Part shown: piece by piece, positions 9,367 to 18,507 of the stretch
How the letters are laid out: each line of letters begins with the position of its first letter
Position numbering within the stretch: position 1 is the first letter of the stretch
Assembly: GCA_035325685.1 (NCBI GenBank)
Contig: DAOKZJ010000001.1
Location: forward strand, 160-64,159
Length of the DNA stretch: 64,000 nucleotides
From: Candidatus Moraniibacteriota bacterium
GTDB taxonomy: Bacteria > Patescibacteriota > Minisyncoccia > Moranbacterales > GWC2-37-73
Direction: 5' to 3'
The notes under the pieces: generated by a model
Told to the model about the DNA's origin: nothing
Databases searched by the model: none
Seen by the model: the letters and a program-made list of their open reading frames with translations, nothing else
Program-made: the position numbers and the translations under genes

Positions 9367-9449
9367 ATTTTCCCTTCAAAAAAACTCGGGACGTGCTTTG
9401 CCCGCTTGGCCGTCCCTTGCAAAAAGAGACGACCTGCCGGAAAAACACC

Positions 9450-9869
9450 TTACTTGGCCTTGATGGCGATTTTCTTGGGCTTCACTTCCTCGGCCTTAGG
9501 CAAAGATATTTTAAGGATTCCCTTTTCATACGTCGCCTCGGCCTGCTCGCCCTTGACCTGCATCGGCAAGATTACCGAACGCGAGAAGCCGCCCATCCGA
9601 ATCTCTTTGCGATAATAATCTTCGCGGCGCACCTCGCTCTTCCCCTCGGCTTTTCCGGAAATAGTAAGTACATCATTTTCAATCGATATATCCACCTTTT
9701 CCGGATCTATGCCGGAAAGCGCCGTTTCCACGATCACGTTGTCCCTGTCCTGATAAACATCAATTGCCGGAATAAAATCCGCGCCGTCCAATCCGGAGAG
9801 TTCGTCAAACATCCGGTCGAAATCCCTCCACATGAATCCTGGCGTATAGCGCATAATTCCCCTGTTCAT
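9450..9869 (-). CDS. Small heat-shock protein (Hsp20/alpha-crystallin family)
   Basis: PAIDVYQD...LTISG...F.RSVILP...A.YEKGILKISLPK; SD before MNRGIMRY. Confidence 0.95.
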   Translation of the reverse strand: MNRGIMRYTPGFMWRDFDRMFDELSGLDGADFIPAIDVYQDRDNVIVETALSGIDPEKVDISIENDVLTISGKAEGKSEVRREDYYRKEIRMGGFSRSVILPMQVKGEQAEATYEKGILKISLPKAEEVKPKKIAIKAK

Positions 9870-9926
9870 ATTTTTCACCCCCTTTCTGTTTATTATTTCA
9901 ACTCTTGCTTTCATCCTCGCGATACC

Positions 9927-10493
9927 CTATTCCACCACCACCCGCGCCGGGCGGATGACGCGCTCCCCCATTTTGTAGCCTTTCTGCACGATTTTCTTTA
10001 TGCGATTGAGGTATTTCTTTTCCCCTTGGCAATGGGTGCATTCCTTATCTTCGACTGCTTCATGGAGAGCCGGATCAAAACTATCCCCTTCCTTGGCGGC
10101 TATCTCCTCCAACCCGCCGCTTTCCAGTACCTGTTCCAACTGTTTTTGGATGTGCATGATGCCTACCAACCAACCGCTCTCCTTTTGATCCTCCGGCACA
10201 TGCTCGGTCGCGCTGCGGAAATTGTCCAGCACCGGAATAAGCTCCAAGACCAGATTCTGCGTGGCATATTTGACCAAATCACGCTGCGCGTCTCCCTGAA
10301 GACGACGGTAATTTTCAAACTCCGCCTGACATCTGCGCCATCCGTCCAGATATTCATCCGCCTGTTTCCTGAGGGAAGCAATCGTTTCTTCTTGCTCCAC
10401 CACTATCTGTTCCTCCACATCCTTGATATCTTTTCTCATTTTGCTATCCTCAGCCGCAGATTCCTTCTCGCTTTTTTTATGCTTTTCGGTCAT
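9927..10493 (-). CDS. grpE: Nucleotide exchange factor GrpE
   Basis: AEFENYRR, FDPALHEAV, QKGY...VIRPARVVV. Confidence 0.97.
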   Translation of the reverse strand: MTEKHKKSEKESAAEDSKMRKDIKDVEEQIVVEQEETIASLRKQADEYLDGWRRCQAEFENYRRLQGDAQRDLVKYATQNLVLELIPVLDNFRSATEHVPEDQKESGWLVGIMHIQKQLEQVLESGGLEEIAAKEGDSFDPALHEAVEDKECTHCQGEKKYLNRIKKIVQKGYKMGERVIRPARVVVE

Positions 10494-10532
10494 GATTTTT
10501 TGGTTAAGATTTTTCAAATCCGTGTTGCAATT

Positions 10533-11291
10533 TCAAAATCCCAGTACTCTTGCGGATTCAGTGGCAATTATTATTACCGCCGAACCGCTCAGCATCTTCT
10601 TTACGTATTCGATAAGCGATTTGTTCTTGTCGTAGCGCATGCGCTTGGGTCCGATAAGCGCCAAAATGCCTTTTTCCCCTTGTTTGGTGCGATACGGCGA
10701 CACGATCATCGAACAATTGGAGATGTCTGTGATGGGGTTTTCTTTGCCAATAAAGATGCGCGTCTCGCCGTCTTTCAATTCAGCCATGAGCAAATCGAAT
10801 TTCTCATCCACATAATCCAGCACTTCCGCCAAACGGCACACCTCGTCCAGTTCGCGAAATTCCGGCTGCTCCATCAGCTCGCGCATGCCGAACTCGGAAA
10901 ACTCGTCTTTGTCCAAAATGCCGCTGATTGCCAGATTGCCGCTCAGATGCGACATGAGCTTGGCGGTCGTCTTGGTTAGGCGCGTATGCTGCGCTTTGAG
11001 TTTCAAAAATTCCTTTTGCAATTTGAGCTGCTCCTCGCGCGAAAGCTCCTTGTCAGCCATCACTTTCTCCACGAAAAAGCGATACCCTTTGTCGGTCGGA
11101 ATGCGTCCGGCGCTGGTGTGCGGCTGATGCAAAAAACCTTTCTCTTCCAAGGCCGCCATATCGTTGCGGATCGTAGCCGGACTTACCTGGAAATCATATT
11201 TGTCCACCAGCACTTTGGAACCGACCGGCTCGGCGGTCTGCGTGTATTCCTCAATGATGGCCGCCAATATTTTTTCTTGTCTTGTATTCAT
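10533..11291 (-). CDS. hrcA: Heat-inducible transcription repressor HrcA (short form)
   Basis: PVGSK, SPATIRNDMA, QPHTSAGRIPT, IGPKRMRY. Confidence 0.96.
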   Translation of the reverse strand: MNTRQEKILAAIIEEYTQTAEPVGSKVLVDKYDFQVSPATIRNDMAALEEKGFLHQPHTSAGRIPTDKGYRFFVEKVMADKELSREEQLKLQKEFLKLKAQHTRLTKTTAKLMSHLSGNLAISGILDKDEFSEFGMRELMEQPEFRELDEVCRLAEVLDYVDEKFDLLMAELKDGETRIFIGKENPITDISNCSMIVSPYRTKQGEKGILALIGPKRMRYDKNKSLIEYVKKMLSGSAVIIIATESARVLGF

Positions 11292-11355
11292 ATAAAACCC
11301 CGCTGTCCCGAATGAATGCACTGATTACGCTGATGAATATATCTTATCTCATAGG

Positions 11356-11382
11356 TTAGCAGTCGTCAAGTCCGAGTGCTAA
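11356..11382. promoter_or_regulatory. CIRCE operator upstream of hrcA
   Basis: TTAGCAGTC-N9-GAGTGCTAA. Confidence 0.93.
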
Positions 11383-11433
11383 TTCGTTATTTACTACTTC
11401 CCTTGCCGGCTTTTTCTTGCATTTCTAAGCACG

Positions 11434-11462
11434 AAAAAGCCGCCCGGGAGTCCCTGGCGGCT
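11434..11462 (-). terminator. Terminator after the small-ORF cluster
   Basis: Minus strand AGCCGCC-AGGGACTCCCG-GGCGGCT followed by a T run. Confidence 0.75.
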
Positions 11463-11489
11463 CTAAATTCGCTATTTGAGATTGTGGCC

Positions 11490-11678
11490 CTAATTAAAAC
11501 AGGCCAACTTGCACTCGTGGGTGCAAACCTCTCTCTCCCCTTCACTGGCCAATTCGTAGAAAGCCGTGACCGCATTGAAGCTGGTTATCTCCGCAACGCC
11601 GGTCTTGCTTTCGCTGAGGCGACAATTGACCGGGCGGTCGCCTGCGCATGCAAACGCTGACACGCTTGCTTTTCCCAT
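11490..11678 (-). CDS. Small Cys-rich hypothetical protein (62 aa)
   Basis: AAGGAGG SD; ends ...EVCTHECKLACFN. Confidence 0.6.
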   Translation of the reverse strand: MGKASVSAFACAGDRPVNCRLSESKTGVAEITSFNAVTAFYELASEGEREVCTHECKLACFN

Positions 11679-11697
11679 GTTGCCATCCCTCCTTTTT

Positions 11698-11943
11698 TTA
11701 ACTCCTCTTATTTGGCAGACAAGCGAAGCCGCTTTGGCCGCAACCGGAAATGCACACCTCCATACGGTGGCTAGGCCCCGAGCTCATAATAACTTCGGTT
11801 GCCGAACTCACAGGGATGCTCTTTCCTGCCCGCGGACAGAAAACATGATCCCGGGCTATCTTCTTGCCGTGGCGCACCGTAACCATGGCACCAGATACTG
11901 TCAACACCACCGACCCATGAAGCGAGTTTTTAGCATGCACCAT
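11698..11943 (-). CDS. Small Cys-rich hypothetical protein (81 aa)
   Basis: AAGGAG SD; ends ...EVCISGCGQSGFACLPNKRS. Confidence 0.62.
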   Translation of the reverse strand: MVHAKNSLHGSVVLTVSGAMVTVRHGKKIARDHVFCPRAGKSIPVSSATEVIMSSGPSHRMEVCISGCGQSGFACLPNKRS

Positions 11944-12011
11944 GTTCTCTCTCCTTTTTTCAATGAATTGAGATGCAGCGCCGCAAAGCTCCCCCTTTCC
12001 GCCCTCCTGGC

Positions 12012-12146
12012 TTAATTACCCCTCTTCTCCTGTTCGCTACGGGGATCCTCCGCTTCCTTGGGACAATCGCCCATAATGGAAACAGGGATGCTTCTTTTTG
12101 GATCACCCGCCGTCCTGCGCATTTCCTCGCAAATATCTTCTGTCAT
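12012..12146 (-). CDS. Very small hypothetical protein (44 aa), below the ORF-track cutoff
   Basis: GAAAGGA SD; MTEDICEEMRRTAGDPKRSIPVSIMGDCPKEAEDPRSEQEKRGN. Confidence 0.45.
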   Translation of the reverse strand: MTEDICEEMRRTAGDPKRSIPVSIMGDCPKEAEDPRSEQEKRGN

Positions 12147-12207
12147 GACCTGTCCTTTCCCGCGTTTTTAAAAAGCGCGTATTTTGTTTTCAAAAAACCA
12201 CCTTTTC

Positions 12208-12504
12208 CTATATATTGAAATCCTCTTTTTTCCCTATTGCTTGCACATTGTCGCTTTTTTCAATCCCCCGTTCCGGCACCGGATCATATCCGCCTTCATT
12301 CCAGGGATGGCAACGCAAAACCCTCTTGGCCGCAAGCCAACCGCCGCGCACCACGCCGAATCTCCCGATAGCCGCATAGGCATATTCGCTGCAGCTAGGA
12401 TAATGCCGGCAAACGCGCAGCGGCAAAATCCTGCCCAAAAGCCCGTGGTCCAACGAAAGCGTCTTTTGGTAAGCCTTTAGCAATAAAAGTACGGCCTTGC
12501 TCAT
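12208..12504 (-). CDS. yidD: Membrane protein insertion efficiency factor YidD
   Basis: YQKTLS...[11 protein letters not shown]...[17 protein letters not shown]. Confidence 0.95.
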   Translation of the reverse strand: MSKAVLLLLKAYQKTLSLDHGLLGRILPLRVCRHYPSCSEYAYAAIGRFGVVRGGWLAAKRVLRCHPWNEGGYDPVPERGIEKSDNVQAIGKKEDFNI

Positions 12505-12535
12505 ATAAGGCATATCCTACGTATTTTGACCATTT

Positions 12536-12564
12536 TTGTCAATAAGACTTTTTGGCTGTATAAT
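12536..12564 (+). promoter_or_regulatory. Sigma70 promoter of corA
   Basis: TTGTCA-17-TATAAT. Confidence 0.7.
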
Positions 12565-12614
12565 GAAAGCTGAGCTTTCTTTAAATTACGCAAGATATTC
12601 TAAAACAAAAACTC

Positions 12615-13523
12615 ATGAAGACCGTCTCCTTCAAAAACACTACCTGGGTCGATTTTGCCAACCCGAGCGCAGACGACATTCTTTATCTGCAGGAAAATTT
12701 TGACATCCATCCGATCGCTATCGAGGAATTTGTAACGCCCACCTTCCGCCCCAAGGCTACCCAATATGACAACTGCCTTTTTCTTACCGTCCACATCCCG
12801 CTTTACGACACGGTTTCGCGCACCACTTATCCCGGAGAACTGGATATCGTACTCACCCGCGACCACCTGATCACCGGACATACCGATGAAATCTACCAAC
12901 TGGAAGAATTTTTCCAATCCCTGGAAGAAAGCGAAGGCAAAAGGCGCCTTTATATGGAAAACTCTCCAGCGCACCTGCTCTACCATTTACTCAACCTGCT
13001 CTTGGAATCATGCTTTCCGCGCCTCGACCACGTGCACCGCAAACTTACGGATATCGAGGACAAGGTTTTTCATGGCAAAGAAAAAGAAATGGTATACGAG
13101 ATCAGCGTGGTCAAACGCGATATCCTCAATTTCCGTCGCACGCTCAAGCCGCAACGCTCCGTACTGGAATCGCTCGCCCAAAAAGACACGCCATTTATTT
13201 CCGAAGACCTGCGGCCTTATTTTCAAGACCTTATCGGCACCAATATCCGCCTCTGGAATGCCCTGGAAAGCAACAAGGAAACGATCGAATCCATGGAAGA
13301 AACCAACAACTCCCTACTTTCCAACAAACTGGACCATACCATGAAGGTGCTCACCATCTTCTCGGCCATCATGATGCCCATGACCGTCTATTCCAACATC
13401 CTGGCTATGAGCGCGGACATTCCGTTTGGCAAAAACCCCAACGGCTTCTGGATCCATATGGGAATCATGATTTTCATTTCCCTGTTCACAATTTCGGTTT
13501 TTAAGGGCAAGAAGTGGCTGTAA
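12615..13523 (+). CDS. corA: CorA-family Mg2+/Co2+ transporter
   Basis: WVD...P, IHPIAIEE, coiled stalk, MKVLTIFS and two C-terminal TM; signature GMN replaced by AMS. Confidence 0.9.
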   Translation: MKTVSFKNTTWVDFANPSADDILYLQENFDIHPIAIEEFVTPTFRPKATQYDNCLFLTVHIPLYDTVSRTTYPGELDIVLTRDHLITGHTDEIYQLEEFFQSLEESEGKRRLYMENSPAHLLYHLLNLLLESCFPRLDHVHRKLTDIEDKVFHGKEKEMVYEISVVKRDILNFRRTLKPQRSVLESLAQKDTPFISEDLRPYFQDLIGTNIRLWNALESNKETIESMEETNNSLLSNKLDHTMKVLTIFSAIMMPMTVYSNILAMSADIPFGKNPNGFWIHMGIMIFISLFTISVFKGKKWL

Positions 13524-13638
13524 TAAAAAATCGTCCCGCTAATGCCCTGGCATGCCAATTTGACACCGCTCTCTTATTTTTATATTTTTCAATGAACGCG
13601 CCCACTCGCAAACCCCCTAATCGAACAAACCAAGCGCA

Positions 13639-15066
13639 ATGAAAATATACAACACCCTGTCCAAGAAAAAAGAAGTCTTTGAACCGCTCAACCCCGGCAA
13701 AGTCGGCATGTACACCTGCGGACCCACCGTTTACGGCGATGTGCATGTCGGCAACATCCGCGCTTACGTGGTAGCCGATACGCTGCGCCGTTATTTGCAA
13801 TACCTGGGATACGAGGTGCGCCACATCAAAAACATCACGGACGTGGGCCATCTGACGGCAGACGACGTGGCCCAGGGAGATAGCGGCGAAGACAAAATTG
13901 AAAAAAAGGCGCGCGCCGAGAAAAAAACTCCCGAAGAAATTGCCCGTTTTTACGAGCAGCGTTTTCGCGAGGTGGAAAAGGAGATGAACATCTTGCCGGC
14001 CAATTATTTCCCGCGCGCGACCGCGCATGTCGGACAGATGATCCGCGCGATCGAAACGCTCCTTTCCAAAGGATACGCCTACGAAAAAAACGGCAACGTC
14101 TTTTTTGACGTGACCAAATTCCCCGCTTACGGCAAATTGAGCGGCAACACCTTGGAAAAATTGAAGGTCGGGGCGCGGCTTGAAGAGCATCCGGACAAGA
14201 AAAATCCCTGGGATTTCGCCCTCTGGCTGAGCGCCCCCAAAGAGCATCTGATGAAATGGGATTCGCCCTGGGGAGTCGGTTATCCCGGCTGGCATATCGA
14301 ATGTACCGCCATGAGCACCGAATATCTGGGTTCGACGATCGACATCCATACCGGGGGCGAAGACAACATCTTTCCGCACCACGAAGCGGAGATCGCCCAG
14401 ACCGAATGCGCCACCGGCGAGCAATTCGTGCGCTACTGGCTGCATGTCCGCCATTTGCTGATGGACGGCGAAAAGATGAGCAAATCCAAGGGAAACCTGT
14501 TCACATTGGAAGATCTCATAAAAAAAGGATATTCGCCCATGGCGGTACGGCTTCTGCTTCTTTCTTCACACCACCGTTCGCAGCTCAATTTCACCTGGGA
14601 CGCGCTGGAGCAAGCCAAAAAAAACTTGCAGCGGATAAACGATTTTGCGCTCAATTTGGAAGCCTTCAAAGGCGAAGTAAAGAAAGAAAATCCAAACCCT
14701 CTGGCTATCGACTCTTTCCGCCAAAGGTTTGAAGCGGCCATGGACGACGACCTCAACACTCCGCTGGCGCTGAGCATCATCTACGAGCTGATAAGCGCCG
14801 CCAACCGCGCAGCCGATGCGGGCACGCTCGGAGCCGATGATGCCGCGCACCTTCTTTCCTTCTGGAAAAAAGCCAATTCGATTTTGGGACTGGCTCTGAG
14901 CGGCCAGGCCGAAATACCCGAAGAGATAAAAAAATTGGCTGCCGAACGGGAACAGGCCAGGGCAAAAAAGGATTTTGCCGCTTCCGACCGGCTGCGCACC
15001 CTGATTGAAAGCCGCGGCTACACGGTAGAAGACAGTCGCGACGGCATGAAAATATTCAAACATTAA
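13639..15066 (+). CDS. cysS: Cysteine--tRNA ligase
   Basis: [27 protein letters not shown]. Confidence 0.99.
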   Translation: MKIYNTLSKKKEVFEPLNPGKVGMYTCGPTVYGDVHVGNIRAYVVADTLRRYLQYLGYEVRHIKNITDVGHLTADDVAQGDSGEDKIEKKARAEKKTPEEIARFYEQRFREVEKEMNILPANYFPRATAHVGQMIRAIETLLSKGYAYEKNGNVFFDVTKFPAYGKLSGNTLEKLKVGARLEEHPDKKNPWDFALWLSAPKEHLMKWDSPWGVGYPGWHIECTAMSTEYLGSTIDIHTGGEDNIFPHHEAEIAQTECATGEQFVRYWLHVRHLLMDGEKMSKSKGNLFTLEDLIKKGYSPMAVRLLLLSSHHRSQLNFTWDALEQAKKNLQRINDFALNLEAFKGEVKKENPNPLAIDSFRQRFEAAMDDDLNTPLALSIIYELISAANRAADAGTLGADDAAHLLSFWKKANSILGLALSGQAEIPEEIKKLAAEREQARAKKDFAASDRLRTLIESRGYTVEDSRDGMKIFKH

Positions 15067-15068
15067 AA

Positions 15069-15094
15069 AAGGCGAGGAATTTTTTCCTCGCCTT
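15069..15094. repeat. 26-bp hairpin direct repeat, copy 1 (terminator-like)
   Basis: aaggcgaggaattttttcctcgcctt; 25/26 identical to 15446-15471. Confidence 0.9.
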
Positions 15095-15103
15095 CTGTTT
15101 CGG

Positions 15104-15352
15104 TTAGATTTTTTCAATTTCCGCCTTGGCCATTTCCTTGAGCAGATCCTTGACGATCTGCAGCAAGATGATTTCCGGAACGTGGCACTCGATCGCTTTT
15201 TTCTTGCACCATAACTCCGCCGAGCGCGGATTAACGCAGATAACATTCCCGAAAACCAGCATGCCCTCCTTCCTGATCGCATTACGAATAGAACTCATTC
15301 CCACTTCTTCGATCACATTCCGCCGTTGCTGCTCAGAAAACTCTTTTTGCAT
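15104..15352 (-). CDS. Hypothetical protein (82 aa) between the 26-bp hairpin repeats
   Basis: AAAGGAGG SD before MQKEFSEQQ; own promoter. Confidence 0.7.
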   Translation of the reverse strand: MQKEFSEQQRRNVIEEVGMSSIRNAIRKEGMLVFGNVICVNPRSAELWCKKKAIECHVPEIILLQIVKDLLKEMAKAEIEKI

Positions 15353-15418
15353 AACACCCTCCTTTCGGCTCCGTTGAGCCATTGGTGCTCTTAAAAACCA
15401 AATTGGCGCTGACTTGCT

Positions 15419-15447
15419 ATTATACACCTTCCGCATGAAAAAGTCAA
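15419..15447 (-). promoter_or_regulatory. Sigma70 promoter of the orphan ORF at 15352
   Basis: TTGACT-17-TATAAT; the -35 overlaps the hairpin repeat. Confidence 0.8.
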
Positions 15448-15471
15448 GGCGAGGATTTTTTTCCTCGCCTT
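15446..15471. repeat. 26-bp hairpin direct repeat, copy 2
   Basis: aaggcgaggatttttttcctcgcctt. Confidence 0.9.
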
Positions 15472-15488
15472 TGCAAGCTCGTGGGCGC

Positions 15489-16193
15489 TCAGAACGCAGG
15501 GAATGTTTCCCCTTTTTTCCTTCGTTGAAGCGCATATTTTATTCCTTGGTCGCTGACTCCTAGGCAAAGCAAAGCCTGGAAACGATGCGCAGCAAGCAAA
15601 ATCGCTATCGCTTCTATGGTTTTTTCGCTTATGTTCCCCAGCGGCAAATCGGGGCGGACCTCCCTTATTTTGCCGGCTACGGATTCGACAAACTCCAAGG
15701 ATCTTCCTTTGTGCCAGATCTTGAGTCTGACTCCCGCTCCATCCCGACTGTCGGGGAAAGAAAAGAGCAATATGGTTTTTCCGAGGAGTTTTTGTCTTTT
15801 GGGAGATGATGGACTGGACATCCTCAAAAAGCGCAGCACTTCATGCTTATTCGTATGCCCTTTGAAAGCAAATTCGCCCTTTCTTGCGGATGCGGCGCTG
15901 TTTTTAAGCACGCATCCCTTTTCGTAAGCGATCAGTCTGGCTACCGCCTCTCTGTTTTCTGGCGGCAGGTCAAAAAAATTGAGCGTGGCTTGCTTGTTGA
16001 TCCGCGAAGAATTCAGTTCGCCAAAACTCCTTATGCCCCGCTTGTTGCTCACCAGAAGCCTCACGTGTCCCAAGGGGTCATCTTCCGGATCCGTGAAGAT
16101 CAGCTTGTCATGCACGCTGATGCCCACATGTTTGGTTTCTGCGGCGTCCGGCATCACGAAAATCCTCCGCCACGCGGAAATATCCATTTCCAT
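15489..16193 (-). CDS. Hypothetical protein with an internal domain duplication (234 aa)
   Basis: AAGGAGGAGG SD before MEMDISAW; two similar ~65-aa segments. Confidence 0.72.
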   Translation of the reverse strand: MEMDISAWRRIFVMPDAAETKHVGISVHDKLIFTDPEDDPLGHVRLLVSNKRGIRSFGELNSSRINKQATLNFFDLPPENREAVARLIAYEKGCVLKNSAASARKGEFAFKGHTNKHEVLRFLRMSSPSSPKRQKLLGKTILLFSFPDSRDGAGVRLKIWHKGRSLEFVESVAGKIREVRPDLPLGNISEKTIEAIAILLAAHRFQALLCLGVSDQGIKYALQRRKKGETFPAF

Positions 16194-16314
16194 CTCCTCC
16201 TCCTTTTGCGGCAATAAAATAAAGGTGCGAATTTTTTTTACCACATAATAATTCCTATGTCAAGAAAAAGAACCGTTCCCTGCTTTTGGTGGATAAACGG
16301 TGGTTAAACAGCGA

Positions 16315-16343
16315 TTGCCAAGTATTGAGCGACTGGCTATAAT
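16315..16343 (+). promoter_or_regulatory. Sigma70 promoter of dnaB
   Basis: TTGCCA-17-TATAAT. Confidence 0.75.
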
Positions 16344-16374
16344 GGACTGGCTACAAAAAATCTTCCCTAAAAAC

Positions 16375-17790
16375 ATGCGCGATTCCAAATCCCTTTTCAA
16401 TAAAAACAAGCAAAACCAAAACCCCCGACCCAAACCGGCCGCTGGCGAGCTTCGCATGGCGCCCCAAAATTTGGAAGCGGAAATGTCCGTTTTAGGCTCA
16501 CTCATGCTGGACAAGGACGCGATCATCAAAATAGCCGATCTTTTGAAGGTGGGAGATTTTTACAAGGACGCCCACAACGACATCTACGAGGTAATGCTCG
16601 AACTTTACGAAGAAAGGGAACCCTTGGACGTACTGAGCATCTCCAACAAGTTGGACGAACGCAAGATTTTGGATAAGGTGGGCGGATCCAGTTATCTGGC
16701 TTCCTTGGTGAGTATGGTGCCCAGCGCTTCGCACGTCGTCCATTACGCCAAAGTTGTACAGAAAAAAGCGATCCTGCGCCGCCTCATATCGGCGGCAAGC
16801 GACATCGTGGAGGCCGGATACCAAGAAGGTGAAGAAATAGACAAGATACTGGACGAAGCCGAACAAAAACTTTTCGGCGTTTCCCAAAAATACATCAAAC
16901 AGGACTTCATCCCGATCCGCTCCGTGCTGGAGTCGGCGTTCAACCGCATCGACGAACTGCACAAACACGGCGACAAATTCCGCGGCATTCCTACCGGCTT
17001 TCCGGATCTGGACGGCATCTTGGCCGGACTGCAAAAGTCGGACTTGGTTATTTTGGCCGCGCGTCCCTCCGTCGGAAAAACTTCCTTCGCCCTGGATCTG
17101 GCCCGCCATGCGGCGGTACGCGAAGGCGCAGCCGTGGGCATCTTCTCGCTGGAAATGTCCTCCGACCAGTTGGTAGACCGCATGCTCGCCGCCGAAGCGA
17201 ACGTGGATCTTTGGCGCCTAAGGACCGGCCGGCTGAAAAGCGAAGGCGCGGACAATGATTTCCAAAGGATCGGCGAAGCGATGGGCGTGCTCAGTGAAGC
17301 GCGCATCTTCATCGACGACACGGCTTCGGCCAACATTATGGAGATGCGCACTATGGCGCGCCGCCTCCAGGCGGAACATGATTTGGGACTTATCATCATC
17401 GACTATTTGCAGCTGATGGAGGGACGCGGCGGACGCGACAACCGCGTGCAGGAAATATCCGAAATATCGCGCGGACTCAAAAACCTGGCGCGCGAATTGA
17501 ACATTCCCATCATCGCCCTTTCCCAGCTTTCCCGTGCCGTGGAAGCGCGCTCCCCGCAGATCCCCAAGCTCTCGGACCTTCGTGAATCCGGATCGATCGA
17601 GCAGGACGCGGACGTGGTTCTTTTCCTTTACCGCGAAGACCGCGAAAAACCGGATACGCCCAATAAGGGCATCGTCAAAATAATCATCGCCAAACACCGT
17701 AACGGTCCGGTCGGCGAAGTAAGCGCCTTCTTCCAAGAAGGCAGCGCATCCTTCAGGTCGCTGGAAAAAATCCACACCAACCTCCAATAA
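16375..17790 (+). CDS. dnaB: Replicative DNA helicase
   Basis: AARPSVGKT, FSLEMS, IIDYLQL, SDLRESGSIEQDAD, AKHRNGP; no intein seen. Confidence 0.99.
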   Translation: MRDSKSLFNKNKQNQNPRPKPAAGELRMAPQNLEAEMSVLGSLMLDKDAIIKIADLLKVGDFYKDAHNDIYEVMLELYEEREPLDVLSISNKLDERKILDKVGGSSYLASLVSMVPSASHVVHYAKVVQKKAILRRLISAASDIVEAGYQEGEEIDKILDEAEQKLFGVSQKYIKQDFIPIRSVLESAFNRIDELHKHGDKFRGIPTGFPDLDGILAGLQKSDLVILAARPSVGKTSFALDLARHAAVREGAAVGIFSLEMSSDQLVDRMLAAEANVDLWRLRTGRLKSEGADNDFQRIGEAMGVLSEARIFIDDTASANIMEMRTMARRLQAEHDLGLIIIDYLQLMEGRGGRDNRVQEISEISRGLKNLARELNIPIIALSQLSRAVEARSPQIPKLSDLRESGSIEQDADVVLFLYREDREKPDTPNKGIVKIIIAKHRNGPVGEVSAFFQEGSASFRSLEKIHTNLQ

Positions 17791-17872
17791 TCCCGATCGC
17801 AGTCAATTCCATGCCTTCTCCATTTTGTGTTATTGTTTTGATTTTTGGATTTTGATTTTTGATTTTATTAAA

Positions 17873-18457
17873 ATGCACCCCAAAGCTTTCCAAAAACTGA
17901 TCCGGAATTTTTCCTCCCTGCCTTCCGTGGGACCCAAAATGGCCGAACGGCTGGTCCTTTTTCTGTTCAAGCAAGACAAGGAGGTTCTTGAAGAATTTGC
18001 CGCAAACCTTACCGCCATCAAGGAGCTGACTGTCTGCAAGCGGTGCCACAACATCGCCCAGGACGCAGAATGTTCGATCTGCACGGACAACCGTCGTGAC
18101 AAAAAAACACTCTGCGTCGTAGAAGAGCCCTTGGACATCTTATCCATCGAACGCACCGGCGCTTACCGCGGCCTTTACCATGTGCTCGGCGGCGTCGTTT
18201 CCGGCGCAAAAGTCCAAAACCTCACCATCTCGCATCTTCTGGACCGCGTTGGCAAAGAAAATATCGCCGAAGTGATTTTGGCCACCAATCCGACCACCGA
18301 AGGCGACGCCACCGCCCTTTACCTCAGACAAAAAATGCGCCCCTTGGGCGTAAAAATAACGCGCCTGGGCCGCGGCCTATCCACCGGGGCGGACCTGGAA
18401 TACGCCGACGAAGTAACGCTTTCCGAAGCATTGACAAATCGCAAGGAACTTGCATAA
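17873..18457 (+). CDS. recR: Recombination mediator RecR
   Basis: LPSVGPKMAERL, C4 zinc finger, TOPRIM ATNPTTEGDAT. Confidence 0.97.
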   Translation: MHPKAFQKLIRNFSSLPSVGPKMAERLVLFLFKQDKEVLEEFAANLTAIKELTVCKRCHNIAQDAECSICTDNRRDKKTLCVVEEPLDILSIERTGAYRGLYHVLGGVVSGAKVQNLTISHLLDRVGKENIAEVILATNPTTEGDATALYLRQKMRPLGVKITRLGRGLSTGADLEYADEVTLSEALTNRKELA

Positions 18458-18507
18458 TGAGAAGTCGCTTAGATCCTTAAAAACCAAAGGTACGGAAAGG
18501 AGCATAT

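Noticed and set aside
9348-10979. Long + strand ORFs such as 9348..10979, 864..1991, 22226..23353, 26453..27739 and 58657..59637
   Set aside because: Antisense shadows of well-identified minus-strand genes, with no recognisable motifs
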